Shown: one piece after another, positions 1 through 12,736 of the stretch | Layout of the letters: each line of letters opens with the position of its first letter | How positions within the stretch are numbered: position 1 is the first letter of the stretch | NCBI RefSeq assembly: GCF_000143415.4 | Contig: NW_003314303.1 | Location: 620,460-684,459 of the forward strand | Length of the DNA stretch: 64,000 bases | Direction of reading: 5' to 3' | Origin: Selaginella moellendorffii | Lineage: Eukaryota; Plantae; Lycopodiophyta | The notes under the pieces: generated by a model | Seen by the model: the letters and a program-made list of their open reading frames with translations, nothing else | Told to the model about the DNA's origin: nothing | The model's database searches: none | Program-made: the position numbers and the translations under genes

Positions 1-57
1 GGTATGCTGGCGAAGAAGTCGTAAGATTCGCACTTTCCAAACTTTGGTGGCAACTGA

Positions 58-885
58 TGTTAGAGGTAGAGATGATGTGGCAGTAGTTATGCCCACGTGG
101 CAGTAGCTTTATGTATATGTACACAATCATATACAGTTATATATATACAGTTCTTCCTCCTCGTGTGCGCGTCTCTCCGCTGCTAACATGGTATCGGAGC
201 CTTGGGCTCCTTGATCCTGAGAATGGCGCTTGCTGGCCAGGAGGCCAGTGATGAGGAGGAGGATGAGCCTCCCAATTGCAATCCCTCTTGCAATGTTTGG
301 GACGCTTGAGGCGTTGCACCAAGGCACCAGGCTGTGTAGAGGTGCTGAGCAACAAGCAGCAGCAAGTAGAGAACAAAGCCAGTGGGAGATTGAGAGATTT
401 CACCAACCCACATCAAGAATTGGGTCAAGATTCAAGAACATTGCATAGCAATTCTTTGCAGGAATTTCCAGCAATTGGGAAGGATGCTCATGGAGATTCA
501 AGTGCCTAGTCGCAGAGAAGTGGGAGCCTGGCAGTTCACGGCCAAGACCTCATGCTAGAGGCAAGATTGAAGCCATAGCAAGAAGCAAAGAGTGTGCAAG
601 CAAGTCCAAGACCAAGAACCAAGTTTTGGGTAGTTGATTGATGAGTTTTCATATGCTTTTCTCATCAGCTTTCCATGCTCATCATCTCAGACTAGCTAGG
701 CACGATTCAGGCTTAGATTCAGACTGGAATCAGCCGCCTGATCGTGAGTGGGAGTGTTAGAGGTAGAGATGATGTGGCAGTAGTTATGCCCACGTGGCAG
801 TAGCTTTATGTATATGTACACAATCATATACAGTTATATATATACAGTTCTTCCTCCTCGTGTGCGCGTCTCTCCGCTGCTAACA
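58..885 (+). mobile_element. TRIM-like non-autonomous LTR retrotransposon (131-bp LTRs)
   Basis: Identical TG...CA LTRs at 58-188 and 755-885; tRNA-iMet PBS TGGTATCGGAGC at 189-200; purine tract GAGTGGGAG before the 3' LTR; ~550-bp internal region with no recognisable retroelement ORF. No 5-bp TSD (ACTGA vs TGGGC). Confidence 0.9.
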
Positions 886-1017
886 TGGGCATGAAGAGCT
901 GAAAGGTGGCAAGAGATTTATGTGGACGCTGAAATGAGCGGACACAAGACTTGTATATATTTTACATGGAGAAAATGAAAAGGCAGTAGGTTAGGGGAAA
1001 CAGAGTGTGTCGTTTAA

Positions 1018-2237
1018 CTAGAAAACTATCATGGTATCGGAGCCTAAACTGATATATCGTCTCAGCGTCGGAGTGGAAGCGTCTTGGATGTCCAGTGGCG
1101 TTCGTTCCGGCAAAGGCAAATGCGAGCTGACGTCTCTGAAAGCACTCTCCCGAGCCTTCCTGGTGATCTCTTGAGCGATTTCTTTCGCATCCTTGGAGCC
1201 ATCTCTGAGGCGATGTATAACGAACTCCCTGGCAGATTGCTGCTGCGTTTTGGTTTCGGTGACAGCGTGCAGTACTTTCTCCCTGGCCGGAGAGTCGGGC
1301 TCAAACTCCTCCCTGTGAAATCGCGGTTGCGTTTCAAAGACTTTGTTGCTGGTTGTTTCCCGAAAATCTGGAGAGTGCGGCTTGTTGATCATCACCTTCT
1401 CGTGAAATTGTCTAGTTTCTCTTGTGCTAGCATATACTGGTGGAGAACAGGACCCTTGTCTTCCCTTTGCCGGACCAGGCTTCAAAACTACAATCCTCGT
1501 CGAACCATTGTCAATAGAGACTTTCTTTCGAGTTTCAGCACGTTGCCCTTCATGTCCGTTCAACAAGAGATGGAGAAGAGTTGGCGTCTTCAAAGGCTCC
1601 TCATTCACAGGCTCCACTGGACTTTCAAACTGGAGAAAGCTGTCCTTACTCGGCTCGAGAGACCGCATCGCTTCCAAAAGCTGCCGGGATCGGTGCGTAA
1701 CCCTCGGAGAGTAATTCGGTGTTGTTCCCTCCCGGAAAGTCTCGCCCAGCACTGACTTTGTGGCTCTTGAAAACTGGCCAGCTTCTTGCGACTGTGTCTC
1801 AAGAGTTTGCGCGAGACAGCTTCTATCATCTTCGCCCTTTCCAACGAAGAGCCGTTCCTCTTAAGCATGTCACCCATTGTCTCCACCGGCATTGTCTCGA
1901 GACCCATAAGTCTTGCCACTACACCCGGTGGTTTTGCTTTTGCACACGTTGAAAGAACGCTATGCTTCTCAAAGCCAAACTGGAAGATCATATGGTGAGA
2001 CACACGAATAGAAAGAAAAAATAAAAGCAAAGAACACTTACGGGGATCCATCGAGAACTCGGGACTGGAGTCTGGACAATCCAGGCTATTACTCGGAGCT
2101 TCGACTCCTGGAAGAATCTAAGGGGCTCGATCGACACGCAAGAAAAATCAATGCCGGTTTGGTATACCTTCTCGATTCCTCCTGCAAGATCGATTGGTCC
2201 TCCCGCTGGAGAAGATCCCGAATATCGGAGTGCTCAT
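1018..2237 (-). pseudogene. TRM/LONGIFOLIA-like (VARLMGL + DUF3741-type) gene, frameshifted and 3'-truncated
   Basis: Motifs PGVVARLMGLE, SRQLLEAMRSL..KDSFLQF, TRIVVLKPGP and AKEIAQEITRKARES. Candidate ATG at 2237, short introns (e.g. ~1980-2041), frame switch between ~1860 and ~1700. Confidence 0.7.
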
Positions 2238-2699
2238 GCCTTGTACCAAACGATAATCTACCTTAAGACCCATCAATCCCTGACATTCTCGCGGGCGCGC
2301 TTACTTTGGAATGGAGAATCCCTCGCGATCGCGAAGAAAGGAATGATATAACGACGAAGACCTAGAAAGAAGAAAACGTGCCTTTGGAAGAGCGCAAATT
2401 GAAAGCTTCTTACCCGCCGCCAAATTTTACACAACGACATTGACCGCTGGTAAATTCTGGCGACTTTTACCAGATGATCTCGTGAACAGTGTGACGGATA
2501 TTCTATTAGGGTAGGAAAAAAAGATAACTTGATTGTAACCAATTTGTAAGAATTTAACTTGGATAATCAACTTAATTTACCACGCTCCTGTTCATTAACG
2601 ACTTGATCTGGATAAATTTGTGACAACAAATTAAATTTCAGAGGGCTATATTTTTTCCACAAAATACTTCTTCAGTAAACCTGTCCTGACCACTTTTCT

Positions 2700-3010
2700 A
2701 ATGGCGGGATTACGAGTTTTGGCTCGGCAGCCACTCCAAGATGTTGAAGGAAGCTCGGGTTGGGGCGTCACGCTTTCTCAATGCTGATGCCGAAATACTC
2801 CAATTCTAATCAGATCTTTTATGTGCTCGAAGGTAAGAGATTGATTTTCTAGTATGTGAATTTTTTTCTCATCATGCTAAAATTCCGGGATTTTCTCTCT
2901 TCGTCCAGGAAATGGTAAAGTAGGACTGACTTTTGCGGAGAGTCCCGGCGATTGTAAAGAAAGGCGATGCTATCGCTGTTCCTCACGGCACTGTCAACTG
3001 GTGGTTTAAC
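2700..3010 (+). pseudogene. 11S-globulin-like cupin gene fragment
   Basis: MLMPKYSNSNQIFYVLEG, intron 2833-2908, GNGKVGL, then after a frameshift IVKKGDAIAVPHGTVNWWFN (cupin motif 2). Confidence 0.7.
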
Positions 3011-3279
3011 TCATTTCATCCTTAAGTTAATCTACAATTGTAACTCTGCGAACTCTTGGCAGTGGTTGAGAGATGAGGAAGAACTCAAAAAAAATCAAAG
3101 CACAAGCCATCCCACCCTTGCCCAGCATTCCAACTCTCAAAATTCCCAATACTTCCCAATCACTAATCTGGCTCACAAACTAATGAGCCAACACTTGCTC
3201 ATCCAATGTGTTGTGGGTAGTTGGATTATACTGTTGAAAAATGGGCGAAATGAGCTTGATTCTCAACCGGCGACACTTT

Positions 3280-3520
3280 AGTGACCTCTTACGCACTGTA
3301 GTGAGCTCCATCCCAACATGTTTATATCCCTCAGAGTAACAGTGATGTTGGTAACTCTCAAGATCTAGAGGCCTTTGATCTTCTTAGCAGCAGTCTTGAA
3401 CTCCTTGTTGCCAACATAAGGAGAAGCTAAAGGGAAACAAATGATAGGGATGATTTTCTTCGTGGAAAGATTTACATTCAATTTCTTGTTGGTGATATCA
3501 TATGCCCAAAAAGTTGTCAG
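3280..3520 (-). pseudogene. Class-3 lipase / phospholipase A1-like fragment
   Basis: Minus-strand translation AYDI...ICFPLASPYVGNKEFK...LRVTN and GYKHVGMEL, with a stop and a deletion. Confidence 0.6.
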
Positions 3521-3861
3521 TGATGTAGTGCTCTGGCATGCTAATGGCTTGGACTACATGGTAAAATAAACTTGCATAATGAGAAAGTTCACAACTTTTC
3601 ATTTTCCTCTTAGTTTGTGTGTTATAACTCCTCCACACCAACATTCACTTTATCCACTAAAACTCTGGAAAAGATGAAGACATTGTTTGCTCTCATTGGC
3701 TCTAGCTCTGTGTCCACTCTTGAAGAATTAGATGCTCACTTAAAAAGGGAAATTAAAATTAAAATTGACATATTTAGAAAAGGAAATATTTATTATATTT
3801 TAAAGAAAGTTAATACCTTGGATGATAGAATAGTTTAGAACATCCAAGCATATTTTAAGTA

Positions 3862-3887
3862 CTAGTATTTGCCCAGCCAATGCTGGG
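3862..3887 (-). terminator. Helitron 3' hairpin and CTAG terminus
   Basis: Minus strand reads CCCAGC-ATTG-GCTGGG, 6 nt, CTAG|T, about 200 bp downstream of the helicase stop codon. Confidence 0.85.
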
Positions 3888-4158
3888 TAGTTGGCAAAGC
3901 CTCTCAATCTTACTAACATATTTTTGTGAGAATTTGCTCACATCTCATAATTTCCTTGTGAGATGATTCTTTTATTTTTAGCACCAGTCTATTGTTATCC
4001 ATTGGGCCATAGGGAAAATTAAAAAGTAAACAAAGTTTATTGTAGTTTTTTTTTATGTTTTAAGGTGTAGTAGGACAGAAGTTAGTTAATATAAAGCTTC
4101 TTTATATATAGTATTGATGGTGAATGTTGATGAATTGAATGGAATTAAGCAGCCTTGT

Positions 4159-5318
4159 TGTCGTGAATGTGACTTCGGGTATCGAAAGTTACCTGTCGGC
4201 TAGTCCTTACAGACACTCTTACCTTATTGCCACGATGGCAAGAGGTCGGTATTGCTGGACCCGTTATCAGTCTTCGCCTAAGCTAGTTGAGAAACTGGTC
4301 CTCACGTGTGCACTTGACCAGATGAGCATAAGGAAGGAATTCCTAAGTGTCTATTTAGTCAAGCATACTTGACCTGGTTAGAGAAACTCATTCGTTGACT
4401 TGCACTTGCTAGTGTTGGGAACCCCCGCGATATTGAGCTTTGTCCCTCAATATCGCTAGATGATAGCTTACCATGTCTGCCAAACACCCTCGCTATCATG
4501 CCCTTTGTGTTAGTCTCATTTCGGTCCTAAATGCTATTTCTGGAAAGTGTCTAGATTTGCTCATTTGGCATATCTACGGAATGTAGAGATCGGCTCGAAC
4601 ACAATGGTGTTCGTCCCGTGTCTAAATTCACAATCTAAGGACATTCCATATTTAGTAAGTTTTGAGCTTGTCCCAGAGACTAACTCCTGGTACTAAGGGA
4701 GGCTTGGGGTGAAAGCCCAAAGCATGTGTTCCTCAAGGGGGGGGGGGGGGGGGGGGGGGGGCTATGGGGGGTTCCAAATGTATAGTAGGGATAGTGGGTA
4801 GGTCGGGCATGGCCGACCAACCTGAGGCATAGTCTAGCTCCCGCTTGCGTGCCTGTCCTTGTTCTGCGTCCGGCTTGGGTCTAAGCCCAAGTTCCATTCC
4901 ATGCTAGCTGGTGGAGTACCCATATCCCCACGTTAGGCCACCGGTATGCTGAAATAGCGCCAGACTCCGTTTGGCTCCGTTTTGCGTGTTGGTCCTGGCA
5001 TTGGGATGCTGGTTGCTCCAGGACTGTTCCAAGTTGCTCCGGGCTCCTGTCCCTTCGCTCCTTGGGCTATATGCTCGGGAGTTGCTCCATGGTCCGGTTC
5101 CATCACTCCTTGGCATCACGCTTGGGAGTTTGGCACCGTTCCTTCGTTCAGTGGCCCAAGGCCCTGAACCTCGGGTTCCTATGGATATGTGGCACGGACA
5201 CGTGGTATGTGACACGTGGCATCTGTCACGTGGCACAAAGAGGGTTTAGGTTCCGCTTCGTGGTGTTATCCTATGGTAAATCACTATAGGATAAAGGGTC
5301 AAAACCACATGTGCTACA
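4159..5318 (+). mobile_element. Solo LTR (same family as element 21890-29162)
   Basis: TG...CA ends; TSD CTTGT (4154-4158, 5319-5323); reverse-complement homology to the LTRs at 21890 and 28016; interrupts the last codons of the Helitron helicase. Confidence 0.92.
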
Positions 5319-8300
5319 CTTGTGTATGAGTTGTGTCAAGTCAAATTGCAAGTTGTTGTGGTGATGTGCATCTTGAGAGTGCAACATAGAGATGCCCGTG
5401 GGTAAAGACTGGCTGGGGTAAGTAGATGCCTACACGATCAAATGTTTGACCTTGGCATTTTGAAATTGTTAAGCAGTATCCAAGACGAAGAGAAAATTAT
5501 TTTCGAGACATATGGAATGGAACATTTGAATCAGAGGGTGTTAAGTTAATGCGTGGGATAAAAGTTCTAGTACCTTTAAATTCACCTGTAATTATTTCAC
5601 AGTCCAAAACTTTAGGTGAAGTTTTCTTGACCATTAGTCGAGTTCCATTGCATAATCCAATTGTTGGAGACATATTTCTCAGAAGAATAACTATACAACC
5701 TTCTTTTAGTATCAATTTGTGTGGTGGTAGTCCAGAGGGAGTGATAGAGTTTAGAAATTCAATTGGGAAATCTTCAGGGTGTTCAACATCAACAGAGTCA
5801 ATGCTAGTATAAGTTTGAGGTGGACCTAGTAATTGAGAGATGATATTGTTGTTAATTGAAAATTTATCATCATTGAGAGGTGTTAAAATGGCTCTATTTG
5901 CTGCAATTTAAACATTTGAAATATCTTCGATACATGGGAATACAAAATCAATAATAGAGGTACTTCTAATTAGTTCTGAAGGAAGAAGGATAGAATCAAG
6001 TGGTAAAATAGGGTTTTGTGTGTAATTATTTCCATCACCGACTTTCAATAGCCATTCTACCCAGTCTGGGAACTTGGGGCCAAGCCGCATATTTATTTGC
6101 AATTGAAACTTTCTAAATAGATTCCATAGACTATTCATTCTTACAGATGTGGAAACAATTTGTGCTCGATGACTGTGTGGGACAACTGGTAATGTTTGAC
6201 GGAAGTCACCACTTGTAACAATAACAATGCCACCGAATGGAGAATTATTCTGTTTTAAGTCTTGTAGGCAGCGGTCAATAGCTGAAAAGGCAAGTGTATG
6301 AACCATACTAATTTCATCCCAAATAAACACTTGTATTGCTTTCATAGATCTACCGGCATTGTTATTAGGTGTTAAACCAGAAACAGATATATCATTAATT
6401 GGAACTGGTAACTTAAAGGTTGTATGGGATGTTTGTCCATTGTGTAGTAGTGTGCTTGCAATGCCTGTCCATGCCATACAAACCACTTTTTTATTGTAGA
6501 ACTCAAAATATTTTACCATTGTATTTAATAAATATGTTTTATCAGTACCACCAGGGCCATCAATAAAAATAAAACGGTTGGTATCGGTCGGGCACTCGAC
6601 AATATTAACAATTTCATTGAATATAGTTAATTGTTCAACATTCAAGTTTCTAATATAATGGTAAATTTTTGTATATGAATAGTTGCAATTTAGTATTGGT
6701 TGAATAGAGGTATTTAGGATTGGGATAGGTAAATTGTATGATTAATTTGTTTTACCATGTATTTTCATTCTTGAGTTAATGTCTATTAGAGCAAGTTTAT
6801 ATCTGCATACAATATTTGTTCTACCAAAATCTTCAAAGAGCTGATCCTTAAAAATATCCCAAAGATATGGTGGGTCTTGTGGATTGCAAAAAATACATAT
6901 GAAAGTAAAGAGCTGACGCAATTGTGTAGGCATTTGAAAATTGCATGCTTCTTGTAAACAATTATACCACTCATTATCATCATCAAGAAGACCCATAGCA
7001 ACAACAGTTTGTTGAAAGCTTTGGTAAGTTACATCATTAACTATTTTAATATTGTCAAAGGATGTTGCTCCACTTTTATGAAGAAGAATAATACGTAAGT
7101 GGTACAACTCGGTATTTAGAGGAGATACTGAGTATAGTTGAGGAATAACCTTTTTGTTTTCAACGTTGCCATACATTAGCAGATTTATTGAAAACATAAT
7201 GTAAAGGTATTTCAACGTAGGTATATTGTCTTGCATTCAGATCATGAATATTGAGTTCGAACCATTTTATTAGCATTGTTCCATTACGTGCTGCTCTTTG
7301 CAAGGCATTGTGCTCCGAGCCTTCTGTAAAATACACATTTTGGAAGTTAGGAAGATGTACAGGCAGACGTATTATAGGGTGTGAGTGTCCATGCATTTTA
7401 AATTTAAATATCCTCCAAATAGCTTCCGGTGCTGAAATGTATCGAGTATTTATAAAATTCGTGATTTCATCCTAGTTTAATACGTTTGCAGATTGAGTAG
7501 CTCTTTGGACTTGAATGGTTGCACAGTCATATCCTTTATAAACATATTGAAAGAGATACTTAATACTTTTAATTGATGCACATATTTCTATATTTATATG
7601 GCTTTGTATTTTTTACATAAATATTTATTATATGGGACTGAAGTTTTTGGGATAGTTTTTGAAGCATTTTTTGTTTTCCATACATGGACTTTGAGGATTT
7701 AGTAATCCACATGGACCATGTATCATATGTGATGTGATTATTTCAAATAGTTTAGGCTCTGATAAAGAGTCAAGTAATTGAGTAGATACATATTGGTCAA
7801 TAGTGTCATGGTCTTTAGTTTTACTTTTATTATCTAATATGCCTAGGAAATGACAATGTGGCAAACCTCTTTTTTGGAACTCAATGACATATATAAATGC
7901 AATACATCTTCCAAAGATAATATTTTATGTAATATCATAGAGAAAATATTTTAGCTTCATGTTAAAAACCCTAGCAACTAAATCAGGTCGGTCTTCAGGT
8001 CCTTCATTAGGGTGTAGATTTTGTAATATCTCAAGCCATTTAGGGTTGCAAGTGAAAGTTATGAAAATATCAGGTTTTGAGTGTTTTATTACAATTGCCA
8101 TAGCATCTTGGTAATTTTGTTGTATAGCTCTTGGGCTTCCTGTAAAAGTAGAAGGTAAAATAACAATTTTTCCTGGTCGAGCATTTGCATCAGCAGCTTT
8201 GCCAGCAACATAATCCATCAAACCTGTATAAAAATCAACTCTCATATTTTTTTGATTAGATCTATAGTATTGTAAATTGTTGCTTTCAATTTTAACATAG

Positions 8301-8496
8301 GCATCTACAATATATTGTTGGGTGAGTTTTCCAGCATGTAAAATTTGGTCATATGTAATTGTAGAGGTTGATAATGTTGAATCTCTTTTAGACAAACGAT
8401 AGGCATAATATTGAAGGAGTGTTACATGCTTGTTAGAAGAAAGATTATCATGCCAAGCTCTATCTCCATGTGAAAAAAGTAATAGATAAACCATAG

Positions 8497-8690
8497 TGTA
8501 AGCAACCAAAGGGAACGACTTGAGAGACGATCCATAAGGTTCAAATATAGAGGGAAAGGGCCCATGAACAAAAGTGCACCCCCTTTTCTAATCGGTTAAG
8601 GGTCTTGGGATAGTTGGAGTTAAGCGTCCTTGGGTTTGAATAGTACTGGGATGGGTGACCTCCCGGGAAGTCCAAACTCAGGAGCTTACA
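8497..8690 (+). mobile_element. Cassandra-type solo LTR carrying 5S-derived sequence
   Basis: Ends TGTAAGC...GCTTACA; TSD CATAG (8492-8496, 8691-8695); removal restores the Rep frame CDPMVYLLLF; contains a 5S rRNA internal-promoter segment. Confidence 0.88.
8618..8673 (+). promoter_or_regulatory. 5S rRNA-derived Pol III internal promoter (box A to box C)
   Basis: AGTTAAGCGTcCTTGGG...TAGTACTgGGATGGGTGACCTCCcGGGAAGTCC closely matches plant 5S rRNA as I recall it; partial, not a full 5S gene. Confidence 0.85.
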
Positions 8691-10004
8691 CATAGGATCA
8701 CAATTAGCATTTAAAATAGATATATATTGTGGTTTTGATGATTTTGGATGAATACATATTTCACGGTCAAAAGGTGGCACACCATCTTCACTTTGAAAAA
8801 CTATTGCAACATCATTAGTTTGTGGAGTATTATATCGATGATGGTCTGTGCCTTCATTTTTAATAAGCATATAAACTCCACGTAAATTGCTACCAGAAAT
8901 AATAGTTCTTGAAATATTTTCCAGTTCCAATTCATACATCATTCTAAAAGCTTGTGCATATGGATTAATATGTCAAAGTATCGTATCTAGTTGAAGCAGT
9001 AAATTATAATCATAGTTAATGTTAAAAGGGTTTTGTTTTCTAATATCAGTAGCCTCATTGGAGTCTAGCGTGTACAATTGACTATAGCTTGGATTTTGAT
9101 GTATTGAAGGATGTTGTGCCATAATTTTGTGATAGATTTGTCCATGAATTCTATAGTAGTATGGACCATGACCTGTAAAAGTATCAATGCTAGCTCCCAT
9201 AGACGCGAAAGCAAGTGCACTATTATATTGTCTTATATTACTCTTGAAATTAGAGTGTTTGTGTGAGTTATATACAGAATACAGAAAAGGTGGTGATGGA
9301 ATTATTGGAGGCAGGTAGACCTGTCCACTCTGGCAACAAATAGACTTGTTCTCATCGGCAAAGTGTGAGGCATGACAATATTTACAAATATATGATAAGG
9401 GGCCTATATTCAATGTCAAAATAGATGTATCATTATATAGGTAATTGCTAGCAAGTCTGCTGCGAATCTGAGGTGAAGGGGGCAAATAGGAATTGGAAAT
9501 TGACTGCTGTTTAGTGTGATTATTAATATTTGTTTGATGTCAATACTCTGTATCCTCTTGAATATTAGTGTTATAAAAGCTATATGTATGCTGGTGCTGG
9601 TTAGTGGCTTCAACATTATCATTGTACGTGGAATGTGTATGTCTGTGTCAAATAGCATTCAGTACATGTCGAAGGCGTGACATTATTTTCAACAGTTTCT
9701 TTTGGAAATGGAGATCAGATATTAGGGCAGATAGAAAGGAAAAGATATTTACTGAGGGTTATGGACAGGCATAAAAACTAACCTTTTCGATGCAATCGGG
9801 TGATGCCAAAAAAGATCAGATTGATGTGTGTTACCTGATACAGTGTCTTCTCGCAAGACTTACATTTTTTCTACCTCACTGTGAGCGCCATGTTTCGTCC
9901 ACCAAATTGGGATCTGCGAGGCACGCACTCCAATTGATCAGCCCGGGAATTCATGGCAGCGCCTCAGATCTACAAGCTCGAATGGAGGATCATCCCGTCG
10001 CGTG

Positions 10005-10051
10005 GCAGCGATTGCAGATGTAGATGTTGTCAGGCTTCACATCCAGGTGAC
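10005..10051 (-). pseudogene. WEE1: WEE1-like kinase fragment, 3' half of the split copy
   Basis: Translates HLDVKPDNIYICN; collinear with the copy at ~50733-50772. Confidence 0.75.
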
Positions 10052-11123
10052 GGGGATGGTCCAAAGTTGAGTTGAGCTCAATTCAGCTCAAGTCAATGCT
10101 AGTCAACATAGTCAACGATAAGTTTTATAAGGAAATATTAAGTCAGAAAAATGTTATTCTTTGGTGAACTTGAAATTTATGAATTTAAGTATCAATGGTT
10201 CAGAGAGATTTTTATTTTTTGAATCTTTCTAATGTAGTTTATACAATTTCTAGAATTAGAAGTTCGTCTGAACCCATAGAAATTTTTGGGCTTTATTGGT
10301 CCTAAATAAAATGGGAACATTGAAGTTCGAATGAACCAGAAAATTTCTATTGTACATTTCAACATTTTAACATTTCAACAATTGACTAGAAATATATAAA
10401 TAATTCGAAACACTGATTCACTCGTTCATTCTTTAGGGTTTACAGAGATGGGAAGCAAGGAAGACAAAAAATCTGTAAGTAGTTCTAGCATACAGAAATG
10501 TGAGAATGTGAATTTTGTTTCACTACCACAATCTCCATATTACACGCCTGGTCCTTATTACCCATCCGGGAATGTGGAGACCACTGTCACTATTGATAAA
10601 AATGCTCCTGTTACTTCCGAAACAATAATCCAGAGCAAGAGAAAAGAAGAAATGGACAGCACAGCGGAAAGCACTAATAAATCCACTCTATAAACCTTTC
10701 AATGGCTTTTGTAATCCACTAAAATATTAAAAAAAAAATATAAGTTTTTTATATATATCTTATTCCTTTTGATATGTTTTGTCTTTGTAAAGATATATGA
10801 TATAGACAAATCAAAGAATTAAATCTATATATAATTTTGGGATTGAAAGGTAATCTTGCAAAAAGGCATACTCACGTGCCTGTGTATATTCGCTATTATT
10901 ATATATGGCAGGCCAACTATATAAAATGAGGCTACATATTAATTATATGCTAGTTTTTAGCTTCTGAAACCCTATAGCCACTTGTTTATCATAGTAGGTT
11001 GTAATTACTAAAACTGACAATTATCATTCACTATAGTGTCATGTCATAGTAAAACATCATTCCCGAGATTAAAATATAGTATATTAATGAGAGAATTCTT
11101 ATTGCTAGGAAGTTTAATTCTTC

Positions 11124-11690
11124 TTGTGTGTTGCAATGGTTAGGAAGAAGTTTATTTTTGGTCCCGAAGGCCTTTCATATGAGTCTCCACCTCCATCTCC
11201 AATCTCAACTAATAATCCACCTTCACCTCTACGCAACAATCCTCCTTTTCATTTTGAGGGTTGTTGTGAGGCTCTTCCATTTGCGACCTCGAGTGCAATT
11301 GAACAAAAACTCCTTCCTTATAATGTTGTTAAAAAAGTTGGATTGCCTCTAATATTTCAAGAGTGATGTCAATATTTTCTTCAAGATCTTGCTCCAGATA
11401 TGGCAGGGGAGCTTAATGTAGATACATATTATCTTCAGTGTCCTATATGCAACTTTTATTTAAACAAGACAGATGGTTGCATGGGTTTGGTAAATTTTAT
11501 TGAGCATTGTCGCAAATGCCCAAGAGCGGGTTTGGAAGGTGTGCATGCGTGGATGTATAAGAAAATCAAGAAAGAATTAAAAACACACAGCTATTATGAT
11601 TTCATAGTGGAGAACAATATTCCATTGGTGAACACTACATCAGTAAGTGCTGAATATGGGATATTTAGGCCACCCTTTAATGTAATGTGA
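11124..11690 (+). pseudogene. Small Cys/His zinc-finger-like cargo ORF, copy 1 (one internal stop)
   Basis: Pro/Ser-rich N-terminal part then YYLQCPIC-x17-HCRKC...WMYKKIKKEL; paralogue at 31720-32251. Confidence 0.6.
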
Positions 11691-12736
11691 AAGTCATGCA
11701 TAGTTTTTTCAAAAGGTTAATTCTTTATGAGTAAAGTGGAGAATCTTATATTTTCGAGAATGATATTATTCTATCATGTATAAAGATATTATTATATATA
11801 CAAGTGGTTCTGACACTGTTATAATTTTGAAGTCCCATTTTTGAGACTGACAATTTAAACTTTCAAGAACCCCTAGATCTTTTTTTAGTATAAATACCAA
11901 CAAGGGATGCTTTCAACATTGAAATTTCAGTTTGTTTAGAGTGTAGGAATGGCTAGAAGCTCTATTTCGTTAAAGTGGGATTTATTCAGTAAAATGGGAC
12001 TAGGTGCAAATTTTCAAGTATTTGAAAATGACGTGAAATTATATGTTTTTTGTCTAGGGGCTAGACATATCTGGGGCATGGTGACTAGCGCAGTGACTTT
12101 GTGTCCAGACTGAGTCCATCTGGTTGTATAATAAATCTCATTGTCAAGGTGAACAAGCCGAATCTGAAGCTAAAGAAGAGCGATGGCATGCGTGCACACA
12201 CTATTTGTTTGTTCATTGAGCATGTGGTGAGCTTTCCAAGATGAATGTCATTCCTATTAGCCAGACATATAACTTAATGGTGAGAACATTTAGATATTAT
12301 TCAATGTTATCTTTTTCTAATGAATCTAATTGTGAAGGTGTAGCAAGAGGCATTGCTAGTCTGGAGAAGTCATTTAACTCATTTGACCCTTAGTGTATTT
12401 TCATGAAACTAAATAACATTCATATTATTAAGGAATTTCTCTAGTACCTTTTTTTTATGACATAGAGGCTTGCATTTCTTTCAAAGGTGATTTAGTAAAA
12501 GGCCTGAGGGCACATGCCATTCTATTTCTCAGATATACTAGTGCAAAGGGAAAAAGGTATTTGGTGATCAAGTAAATGGCATGAGGGCACACGCCATTAT
12601 AAGCCTAAGCGCTAGTGGACACCTCCTTTTTGGTGTCACGCCTCACGCCATCACGCCATGCCATCACGCCTCCTCTGATTCAGATTCGGATTGTTCACCT
12701 TGAAATAAAATACATTAGAAACTTAGTAAAGGAATA

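Larger units (their letters stand above)
4086..9485 (-). pseudogene. Helitron RepHel (HUH Rep + PIF1-like helicase), degenerate
   Basis: N-terminal CKYC...CCQSG and IRQYNSALAFASMG; Rep motifs LPSTFTGSPR, KPDIFITFTCNPKW, DRPDLVARVF, EFQKRGLPHCH; helicase motifs IDGPGGT(D)KT, IWDEISM, GDFRQTLPV, LLRNM..GLCNGTRL, C-terminal TINTIYKEAL*. Many stops and frameshifts, two LTR insertions. Confidence 0.93.

Noticed and set aside
8618-8673. 5S rRNA gene
   Set aside because: Only ~56 nt of the internal promoter region, embedded in an LTR with a TSD.
10448-10693. Small ORF near the left MULE end with an upstream TATA-like and telo-box-like sequence
   Set aside because: Plausible cargo gene but no recognisable homology or second copy to support it.
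10823-10835. ATCTATATATAAT (and similar at ~35769) as a Helitron 5' end
   Set aside because: Wrong strand for the identified Helitron, AT-rich context, and no matching 3' hairpin-CTAG found.
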